Shown one piece after another: positions 1 through 11,000 of a stretch of 58,799 bases of DNA. Numbering within the stretch: the first letter of the stretch is position 1; each line of letters starts with the position of its first letter. The position numbers and the translations under genes were made by a program. The stretch is from a virus (lineage: Duplodnaviria > Caudoviricetes): IMG/VR virus record IMGVR_UViG_3300046779_002192, positions 1 through 58,799 of that record; one strand, given 5' to 3'. A model generated the notes under the pieces. The model was given only the letters and a program-made list of their open reading frames with translations. It made no database searches and was not told the origin of the DNA.

Positions 1-876
1 GAAAAATAATACATCTTGATTTAGCTCATTTTTTGTTCGATATAAATTTGAAATACTTGTTGAATTAAACACTTTATTTTTATCAATATTTAAATTTGGT
101 AAAATATCGTCTTTTGGTAATTTTAAATTTATCTTTGCAATATCATCTGTTATTATGTTATTAACAATAATATCAGAATCTTGTGATTTTCCATCTTTTA
201 TTACATTTAATGTATAATAAAATGGGTCTTCTAAAACATCTTTTAACTGTATAGTTCCTTTAATATCAATCTTATAATCAAAAGCTAATGCTTCTAAATC
301 TAAAAAAGGAATGGCAAAAATTTGCAAATGGTTTGTTTCTTTTGGAAACTTAAGAGTCATTTTTAATGGAATTATGTAATTACCATCGTCAGATTGATAT
401 TTTATATAATCATCTTGAGAATTTATTAATTGTCCAAAAGAAAAAACTTCATATTGTTCTGGTTTAGAAACGATATTGTAGGGTGTCTTTGAAAGCCCAA
501 GAGAATCATAAATTATTGAATTAGTTATTTCTCTTTTTTCTTTCTCAGAAGATAGTTTTAAAATATCATTAGTAGTATAGTTTTGTGGTACTTCGCCAGT
601 TTCTTTATTTTCATAAAAACTTATAAAAGCAGCAATTTTTATATATTTAAGATATTCAATATTTTTTAACCAATTTGATGGACCTGTTACTGAGCCGTTT
701 TCAAATGCTGATAACTGAATGTTTACATCATAAAAATCATTTCTTTTTGTAAACACTCCTTCTCTTAAAAGCAAAGGACCATCTGTAACATCTATATGAG
801 GGTCATTAACTACGATTGCCTTGGAACCACCAGTTAGAGTAACTTTATCAAATCTTATTTGAGGGAAAACAGACAT
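1..876 (-). CDS. Hypothetical protein, probably virion structural; 3' end runs off the window edge
   Basis: Not in the ORF track. ATG at 876 overlaps the TAA of the upstream gene (TAATG coupling). The frame MSVFPQIRFDKVTLTGGSKAIVVNDPH... stays open to base 1. Confidence 0.75.
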   Translation of the reverse strand, partial: MSVFPQIRFDKVTLTGGSKAIVVNDPHIDVTDGPLLLREGVFTKRNDFYDVNIQLSAFENGSVTGPSNWLKNIEYLKYIKIAAFISFYENKETGEVPQNYTTNDILKLSSEKEKREITNSIIYDSLGLSKTPYNIVSKPEQYEVFSFGQLINSQDDYIKYQSDDGNYIIPLKMTLKFPKETNHLQIFAIPFLDLEALAFDYKIDIKGTIQLKDVLEDPFYYTLNVIKDGKSQDSDIIVNNIITDDIAKINLKLPKDDILPNLNIDKNKVFNSTSISNLYRTKNELNQDVLFF

Positions 877-2006
877 TAGCAAATTACCTTATTAGATATT
901 GAAACAGGGTCAATCGCCCCAACACTATTATTTTGAATTTGACCATCTGGCAAAATTCCAAAGTCAGAACCATTGTTGTTATATAGTTTACCAGTTTTGA
1001 TTTTATTTTCAGAATTTTTACAAATTAAATTATTATTCACACCCTTTCCTTTTGTTAGTGGAACAATATAATCGCAAACTATTCTCTGTTCTATTTCTTT
1101 ATCAACATTTAAATTAATGAAATACTCAACTTTTAAATCATCCAATTGTAAAGTTGTAAAATTTTCTGATACATCAATCAACAAATCATCAATAATGTTT
1201 TCATTTTCTTTAAACATAAAATCTAATGGAACTATAATTTCTTTATTATTCTTATCTTTTTCAAATTTAAAAACTTCAATTTCATATTCTTCATCTAAAC
1301 CAACATTAAATTGTGTTAAATCTATTACTATTTCATCTTCTTCAATAGTAAATATAGTGCCATCTTCAAAGTGTTTAGAAGTTAAAAATGTTGATTTTTT
1401 ACCTTCTATTTTTGATTGAATCTCAAGTGATGTTGGTGAAATATTTTCTGACGATAAAAGACCTAATGGAGAAGTTTCAAACGAAGTTGTATCTCCTTCA
1501 TAGGATTCCTCAGTAAAAAGTTGTTTTGCTTGAATATAAAGTGAATCTAATCTAATTTGTTCAATATAAGAACAAGAAATGTTAATCTGTGGTATTGTTA
1601 TATAAAACCCATCAGAAGAAGTATAATATGGTTGTGTGTTTATGATTGTATTTTTTAACAAAGAGACATTCCAGCTTGGAGCATATTCTGAACCAATTTG
1701 AGAATTTGATAATACTGACAACTTATCTACGAGTAATTTCTCACTAACATTTCCTTTGCTCTTTAAATCTCTTTCTATACCATAAGTCAAAGGAGATACT
1801 TTGAGAACTGGTGTTTGGTCTTGTATGCGCGATTCAATATCGTTTTGATTAGTAGAGGCAGAAAAATAGTTGCTATCATAAATAACGCCTTCATCAACAA
1901 AAGAATAAAAAGCTGGTTTAAATTTACCCTTGCTCAATAATCTTTTGCCATGAGGAGTTAGTTGAAAATCAATAACTTCTTGTTTAGAATCAAAAAAAGT
2001 AGCCAT
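876..2006 (-). CDS. Putative virion structural (baseplate/tail-associated) protein
   Basis: 376 aa. The N-terminal DFQLTPHGKRLLSKGKFKPAFYSFVDEGVIYD motif resembles structural proteins found next to baseplate genes in large myoviruses. A CTATTTA motif lies upstream. Confidence 0.55.
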   Translation of the reverse strand: MATFFDSKQEVIDFQLTPHGKRLLSKGKFKPAFYSFVDEGVIYDSNYFSASTNQNDIESRIQDQTPVLKVSPLTYGIERDLKSKGNVSEKLLVDKLSVLSNSQIGSEYAPSWNVSLLKNTIINTQPYYTSSDGFYITIPQINISCSYIEQIRLDSLYIQAKQLFTEESYEGDTTSFETSPLGLLSSENISPTSLEIQSKIEGKKSTFLTSKHFEDGTIFTIEEDEIVIDLTQFNVGLDEEYEIEVFKFEKDKNNKEIIVPLDFMFKENENIIDDLLIDVSENFTTLQLDDLKVEYFINLNVDKEIEQRIVCDYIVPLTKGKGVNNNLICKNSENKIKTGKLYNNNGSDFGILPDGQIQNNSVGAIDPVSISNKVIC

Positions 2007-2010
2007 ACTT

Positions 2011-2017
2011 TAAATAG
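2011..2017 (-). promoter_or_regulatory. Putative late promoter motif CTATTTA, 4 nt before the ATG (leaderless-type)
   Basis: Minus strand reads AAACTATTTAAAGTATG. The motif recurs in many intergenic gaps. Confidence 0.6.
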
Positions 2018-2036
2018 TTTAAGTTGTTAATTATTG

Positions 2037-5000
2037 TTATGGTTCTTCTTCTATTTCTAATTCGGCAGTTAGTTTACCAGTTTCTATGATGGTAAAGAAG
2101 TCATAAGGCCAGTTATAAGTATAGTTTGGTATACTTGTATCTTCCCACTCTGCTTGGTTAACAAAGTTCTTTCCTATCATATGATAATAACTTCCTTCTG
2201 CACGTTTTTTAACTTTAAACACTAGCCAACGAAGATTGTCTATATTATCAATATCAGACAACAATGCCCCTTCTTTAATTTCATGTTTAATTGTTTTTGT
2301 TTGAATCTTCCATTTGTCTTGTTCTCCTAACTCTGGCATTATATTTTGCCACATATCCTGTAGGTCTTGTTTGGAAAACTTGTGAATAAATTCAAATACG
2401 TACATACTAATTGGTGTTACATTATTTTGTAAGAAATCAAATTGTGGTGGGAAAATATACTCTTTCATTGAATTTAATTGTTTTACAATAGAAGAAGAAA
2501 TTCCACTTAATTTATTAGATTTATAATTTTCTACTGTTTCTTCACTTAATTCAAAATATTTTCTTTTACCATCAATAATAGTAAATGGGATTGCAACAAT
2601 TGCCTCTTTAATTACTTTTGTATCTGCTAGAGTTCCGAGTTTAACTTCGGTGTTCTCAAAGCCACCAAGTAAAGATAGTAAAGAGCCTGTGTTTGATACA
2701 TCTCTATTTGGTGTAAAGGCAGAAGCTGTGAGTACAATACCGGTCTTTCTACCATATGCTTTGTAGGAATCTGGCATATCTTCGATTGTTAAATAAATAC
2801 CTGCATTATCTCTTGGTAATAAGCCATATTGATGCCATATACCTAAGTCCTTTGGAATACCAGTAGAAGAACTTATATGTGAACCTCCACTTATTTCAAA
2901 AGCACCCATTACTGATATGTGCGAAGAACTTAATTCATCTATCATTCTTCCGTAATTAAAATCAAGAATTGGAGTTTCAAATTTTGTACTAATAACTAAT
3001 TGCTTGCGGTCAGCAATTGACAAGTTCGATGAACCTTCTGCCAATCTGTCGGAATCTAATTGAGGAATTATATTATCAACCTTCAAAAATACGCTAGCTG
3101 ATAGTTGCATTGAGTTTGCATTCAACCTATCTACGATTCCAGTAGAACTTGAAAAACATGCTAGTGGTCCAACACTATTTGATTGTATACCATCAAAAGT
3201 ATAGAATCCCTGTTCTATTGGAAGACCAGCATATTGATTGAACTCGTAACGTAAATAAGATGAACTTATATCATTAATTATTTGGTCTAAATTAAAGCTA
3301 CCAGATTGTTTTGGTTTGTAAGTTAGTAATAACCAAGCTTCACCATCATAGTATGGTGGTGTGAAAGATGGGTTATAACCACTTGTACCATCTACTTTGT
3401 TAAATGTATAGTGATTTGTTAATGCTGAACCGGAATTAATACCACCAGCACACAGAGGACCAAAGGCACTTGGATTTGAATAGGTAGTAATGGTTTCTTC
3501 TCCAAACTTTTGTGGTCTTGGATAGTTATAAGAATCCTTCAATAACTCAGTAGCTGCATTGATACTTGTAACATCTGTTAAAGTATTGATTACGTCAGCA
3601 GTTATTCTTGACTGTTCGTTAATTGTTTTCTTTAGTTTTACTATAGCTGCAAATTCTTTTCCAACATCTTGAGATTTAATGGTTATATTGTTACCAATAA
3701 TTACATTTGATTTTAGTGCTGATAATTTTTCATTTTGTAAAAAGAAGTTTGGAATTTCTGCTAGGAAATTATTAATCATATATTTGTAATAAAAATCTCC
3801 ATTTCCATTCCAAGAAGCGGAAACATTTAAAGCCATATTGTAGGCACTACTAGAAGGAACTTGGTCAATAAATATTAAATTTTTAATATAATTTTCTGGC
3901 TCTATTAATGTTTCAAACGGTAATCTTATATTAAAATTGTTATTCGCTATTAAAGGTGTTTTACTACTTCTATTGTAAGATTGTGCAGATATATTGCTTG
4001 AAGAAACAAGATAAAATTCTGATGATGAAACAGAAGATGTTATTATTGGATAATCTACAGCAATACCAGACTTTATAGTGTTGTATAATAATCCGGGAGC
4101 GAATAATGGAGTGAGTATTGAGCGCAAGCCATATTGTTTACTCTCTTGGAAGGATACTGGAGAAGGAAATTTTTCACTACCACTTGATGGTGTACCAGAT
4201 GCACTAGCGGCAAGGGAAGTATACTTTATATTTTCTCCGTAAGAATTATTAAATTGCTCTACAATATCTAGTGTTCTTTGTACTGGGTAAAATCCTTCAT
4301 ATGGTGTAAACTTTAATAACCCTTCAAAAGTTAGTTTAATACTTTTCTTTGTTTTTAACTTAGAATTTGTTATTTTATTATTAATATCACGTATTCTTTC
4401 TATGTTATTTGTGTGTGCATACTGTTCATAAAAGTTTAAATCTGTAGATGAATTCAACACAGTACCAGTAATTGATAAGAAATTTTCATCAATAAATGTA
4501 GATGATTGATTGAATCTTGTTAAATAATCTTGAACTTTTGATGAAACTATGAACTCTGGTATTAAAGTATGTTGTAATGTTTTTAATTTAGAATATTGTG
4601 AAGAATCTTCGTAACTATTGGGATATGGACCCTTGCCTCTTAACGATGCCGCTGTCCAAGGAGTATTGTTATAAAACATTTGTGTTGGTTGCAAAACTCT
4701 ATCTGATGGTAATGTTGAGGAAAGAGTGGTTTGTACAATCGCAAAATCTGAATCCAAAGATGCGCTATAATAAACATTATATTTTGCATTTGATGGCAAA
4801 GTAGGATTAATAGCAGAATAATAAGAGTATGATGTTAGTTTATTTGCTAATAATGGCGATGGGTACAAATAGTTTTCATTTGCAAACAACGATAAGGCTG
4901 TAGAAGAAGAGACATAAGTATTGTTATTCTGTAATATACCGACAACAGAATTTAACCCATTAGAGGAAGTATTGTATGGATAAGCACCATCCAAAGGCCA

Positions 5001-8000
5001 TACGGATTGAGATAATAGTGGTTTTGTTGCTGTCGTATATGGACCATCATATTGAAATGTTGATTCTCCGTTAGTAGTAACATAAATTGCTGGTATTCTT
5101 TTATCTTGCTTGAAATAAAGTCCTTCTGGTTCTAGTAAAAATGTTTGTAGTGAAATATCTTTAGAACCAACTAGTTGACAGGATTGAATATCCCAACTTG
5201 TAGATAATCTATATTCATAGATTTTTTTACTTGTTTTTCCAAGAAGATAACAAAATCTACCGTCATTAGTGAACGATATTGAACTTAAGTTAGTGTCTGG
5301 TGCATATATATTTGAAGATGTAACTTGTGATGCAGAAAAAGCAGGTGGTAGTGACCACGAAGAAGTTAGATTAAATTGTTGAATAACTCCCAAACTACCA
5401 GAACCAACAACATATACTCTCATACCATCTGGTTTAAAATAAAATCCTTGTGGTTGATGTGATGCAGTTGGAAATGAACCAGTAACTTTAACAATTCCAT
5501 TATAAGTGGTTGCTGATGCTAAATTGTATGGTGTCGCAAACGTCACTCTTTGTATTGTATGAGAAGAGGTGGTATTTGATTCAGTACCAGCTAAAATATA
5601 AAAATCTGTTCCATTGTCTCTAATATAAATATCTTGTGGATTATTTGTGACTACATAACTTGTAATCTCTGTTGAGATAAGTCTTCTTGAATTTATATTA
5701 GTCGGACCTACTGTGGTAATATCCCAAGGTGTAGATAAAGAACGCACCTTGATTGAAGGAGTACCAGAGGAGGTATAATCAGTAAAAAATACATAATCTC
5801 CTTTGGTTGAAAAATGTATAGCTGGTGACCTTGGGAAAGTAAACAAAGACGATTTACCACTATAATTTAATGAGTTAATATTTTGCAACTCAGTACCTTC
5901 TGTAAATGTTGGTGTTTCATCTATAGTATTTCTTGAAAATCTATCAGAGTTATAAGGGAATGAAAATAGTGCTCTATTTCTAGAATCTATAAGACCAGCA
6001 TTTTCAATTTTTGGATATACATCTTGTGATATTACTAATTTTTTTAATTTAAATCTTGTATTTTGAGGACTTGAGAGAAGTGTTATTAATTTATCTATAG
6101 GTTGATTAGTAGAACTATAGTTTTCAAGATTCAAATCTGCATTTAATTGTTTATTTGCAAAATTAATAATATTATTAATATCTGTATGTTTAATAAATAT
6201 TAGTGTATTTGTTTGAGTATCTGTTATAATTGCAACTATTGGTCTAGATACAGTTACTGCGGGTTCTCTATATACATTTGTAATATCTTCAAAAACGTTC
6301 TCTTTATGGCTATTTGCGCTAGTTTGAACTTTTTTAGTATTTGTTATTAAAGACAATGCTTTCATACTTTTAGCTGATTTAGCATCACCAGTTCTTATTT
6401 GCTTAAATATTGGGTATCCATATGTACCATTTCTGTTTAATAATATTGAATTTAATATTCTAGCATAGTAATCATAATCACTTCTTAAGCCATATTGAGT
6501 TATTTGATTAAAGTTTAAAACATATAATTTTGTAAAATCATTTTTAAATTGAAATTTTAATTGCGTGCTTGGTGTAGTTGTTGGTAATAAGTTTTTAGCA
6601 CCATCTTCAACTATTGTCCCTTTAATATTATATGCATCTAATGGATTTGGTATATTAAATCTATAAATCTGTGGTACACCAGATGAACCTGTTAAATCAG
6701 AAATATAAAAAGATTTTCCATTATTAACAAATTGAATATCAAATACATTTGAAATTGGGCCACCGGGGCGGCCAGAAGTTGCAGTATTAATATTAAGATT
6801 ACCATCATATCTATATGTCGATAAGTTCCAAGGAGTACCAGATTGGGTAAACTGATGTATCAAGTTTGCTGATTGATTTGTTACATACATCCTCAATCCG
6901 TCATTAGTAAAATACATTTGCGAAGAAGTAGTCTCATTAAAGGAGCTACCTCCCGCGAGCGCACTTTGACTTAGCGAACAGGTATTGGCAATAGTAGATG
7001 TGTTTAAGCTAGTAACATCCCATGCAATAGAAGCAGTTAATGCATATATTTTACTTTGTTGAAGACCCAACAAATACAATACTGTTCCATCAGATTTCCA
7101 ATAAATTCCAACAGAACCTGTTTCTGGGATTGCTGAACTACTAATAACTTTATTTTTACCCACATAAGTTGCTGTGTTTGTGTCCCACGCTGTTGTTAGG
7201 TTGTATTCATACAATGCTCTTGTATTTCTTCCCAATGCATACAACTTAGTACCATTAGACCCAATAAAAGAACTAGAAAAAGAATTTTCACTTACTTGAT
7301 TTAAAGGATATTTGTTTGAGTTTACATAATTTATAGAAGTATCCTCAATTGATACAATATCTGCATTTATTGCCAATCCATCAAACAGATAGTTATCCAA
7401 AGATGGTTGACCTAAAGTTTTTGGATAAAAATTGCCGCTTAATTCATCCTTAACAACTGTATGAAGGCCGACAAAATCTACTGGTATAAAGGAAGTTCCA
7501 CTTATATCCCCATAATATACGTCGCCATAGGCACCACTATTTAATCCTATAATGCCTTGTTGTATTGTTGAATATGAAATTGTGTCCGAGTTTCTTGTAC
7601 CAGTTGGATATGTTAATCCAATATCGTGTCCCATATATGCAATGTTTCCACTAACGGCACCAGAAACCAATGAATTACGTAACCAAGAATAGTTAGCATC
7701 TATTTGAGGAATTTGGTGAGTTATAAAACCATTGTCATAAACAGGTTCTAAATCTGCATCTTTAGCATCTTCTGGAGCAGAAACTTTATATTTGGTGTTT
7801 TTATTTGTTTTGTGAAAAGAAGCTGATGTTTCATAAACACCAGATACACCATAATAGCCTCTTTCCGAGTGAGTAGTTAAATGATTGAGTAAGCCAATTC
7901 CTAAAATACCACTAACTAATTCAACATTTGGGGTACTGCCAACTCCGTGAGGAACTCCAATTAACTCTCTATTTCTAAAAGACATAGCATTATATGCCGA

Positions 8001-11000
8001 TAATTCTTCAGCATATCTATTCATATATCCTCTTGATGAATATCTATATCCACCGGGGGCAGAAAATCTACAGCCAACAACAGTTTTTAATATCTGTCTT
8101 GTTGGTAAAGTAAAATCTACTCTACCATCATTAAAGTTGCTTCTGAACACACCAGATAGTTCTGTCTGTATCGATGGATTAATAGCATCTATTAATTCTC
8201 TATTATTGTTTGTTCTTCCAAATGTGTGAACAACTTCATAGTTACTTGTATAATTACCAATTCTAGCAGCAGAACTTGTAAGAGTTTGAATATTTTTGAT
8301 ATTAACAGGACGTTTAGCTAATTCTTCTCTCGTATATGTTGCTCTTTTGTGTGCAACTACTGGGTAAGATGGTAGGAAATCATTACCTTCTGGATACGGA
8401 TAGTCCGCTCCAACATATCCAATAGCCTGTTGAAATTCTGTTTGAGTTGGATTTCCATCAGCATCTGGTAAGTTTATTGCACCATAAACTATTTTCCAAG
8501 CTTCTGGTCTTGTAAGATATGAATCATTACCAGTATTTAAATCAATATGGCGCGATTGATTGCCACCAACCCATTGTGAAGTAAATGGGCCTTGCATTGG
8601 GATTTCACCAGAATCGCCATAAGTATCGTTGTGTATATTTGTTATAACAACACCGCTTAAGAAGTTGTTGGTAACGTCAGTTTGATATCCTCCTTGGACA
8701 CTAGCACTTATAAGATTTAATGGTGCGACTAGTGTGCTATCCAATCTATGAGTATATAAAAGTTCATTTGGTTGATAGTCTTTAACGTTGATAGTAGTAA
8801 AGTTATATTTTCTTTTCTTTAAAGGATTAACTGGGTCTTCTGGTACGAAAAACGTAGAAGATGAATTTTCTACACCCATAAACAATACGTTTGCGGGTGG
8901 AAAAACACCGGGAGAAGATTCAGTCTCGTCTAAGGCTCCGTGAGGGGCGGTAACTACTTTAACAAAATCAAGTCTTTTATTTTGTTCAAAATTTACACCA
9001 CCTTTTAATGTTTTATCTTGAACAGCATTGAAATTATAGGCAGTTGAAAATCTTCTGTTTAAAACCTGTAAAGAAGCAGAATGAATTGCAGTTCTTGTTA
9101 CATCTGCCGAATCTCTTTCGGCCAACTCTTTCCAATACAAATTGTTTGTTGTTTGTGAGCCATTTATTGGGCGTGAACCATATTTCCAATTAAACAAATG
9201 TGCATTAATACCATTAGCACCATCTTCTGGGTCTTGAGCTTTAGAATTAATTTTAGGATATTTGTGTTGGTATTTTTGTCTTTCAAGAATATGGCTTTCA
9301 ATTGTATTTTCAAGTTTAGAAGAAATTTGTGCAGTTGCTGGTGTTAATTGGGCTAAAAATACACCAACTGCATCATCAAACCATTTATAAAATTCTAAAT
9401 ATTTGTCTAAATCTGGTTCGTTTTGTACTTTTGCAAAGAATAATTCTCTTAAGTATCTTAAATCTTTATATTCTGCACGATATTTGTGTACTGGTCTACC
9501 AACATAATCATTAAATTTAACCATAGTACCAAACATATTAATCATCTCTTCAGAGATTGTTTGGTACATGCTCTTTTCAAATCTTGTAACATAAATTTCT
9601 GGTCTTGAATCGGATGTAAATAATTCATCATCTTCTGTCAAAATATTAATCATATCCGAGCTATTAATAGTATCTGGTAACTTTAATTTATCGGCAACAA
9701 CATATTCATTACTTACAAAAGAATTATCGTTTGCTAAGAAATTATAACCACGACCAGTATATTGATATTTTGAAATATTATTAAACCAAGTATCATAACC
9801 CTTGTTTTGATTTATAGAACCAGAAGTTAAATCCTGTACAATAAATTGTCCACTTCCATCTGACCCTGTAACTTGATTAAATGACCAATCCAATACAAGC
9901 GTATCTATTTCTGGTATAATATTTGACGAGTTTAAATATGAGTTGTTGGCTGGATTTTTTGTACCATAGTTGTACGAATCAGACGAGTGTTGTAAAATTG
10001 TTTCGTCGGTTAATTTTGTTGTCCAAAATCTTAAATAAGAAACTTTTGAATCTGCATAGTTTATTATCGAACCGGTAAAGTTATTTCTATATGCACCAAC
10101 AAACAAAGATTTGTTTGCCTGTATTGCTCGTTCTGCTGCAATACTGCTTATGGTTGCTGATTGTGTAAATGAGTTTTGTACCGTATTACCAAAAGAATTT
10201 ATACCAATAAATTCAATTGTATAATCACTATTTAATGATGTTATTAAAGAAGAGTTTTCATATTTTGCTGGTGATATTCTTACTATAAAATTCCATTTTT
10301 CATTATTATACACATCATAAAAAACAGGTGTTGTTAAGGGAGAAGTAAGTAATGTTGAATCTAATTGAAAATACGCATCTTTACTTTCTGCACCATTTCT
10401 ATTAGCTTTTACAACAAAGTTAAAATAATCAAAAGTAGCCCAAGATAAATTAGTATTACTACCGTTATTGGTATGTGAACCAAATACCGACGTTTGAGTA
10501 AATGGAGTATCATCAAATAATTCATCATTAAATACTTTTAATGGGAATATTGTTTCACATTCGACCGTAATTGAACTACTAACTACAGAGCCTGTGATAA
10601 AGGACCGAGTATTTGAGTTGCTTGAATCATAATATTGATGAATAGTAGCAGAATATCTATCTGCTTCGTTAAAATTAATTACTTTTCTTTTTTGTGCTAT
10701 ATTGTTAGTATTATTATCAAATGTATAAGTTGTGTTTGATGGATATGTGTTAATTTTAACTAATTTTTCATCAATACCAAAAGAATGCAATATATTTTTA
10801 TATGATTTTTTGGTTCCTTTTGTTTTAAAAGCATTAATTAACGATGAATAGATATTGTTATAAATATTATTTTTTATATCTGATAATGATGATTCAAAAT
10901 TAATATCTTCATTTCTGTCTAGAAATTTTTCTAAAATGCTAGCATCTGCAAATAACTCTGGAGTGATTATGCCATTTGATACTAATAATGTCTTAGCAAA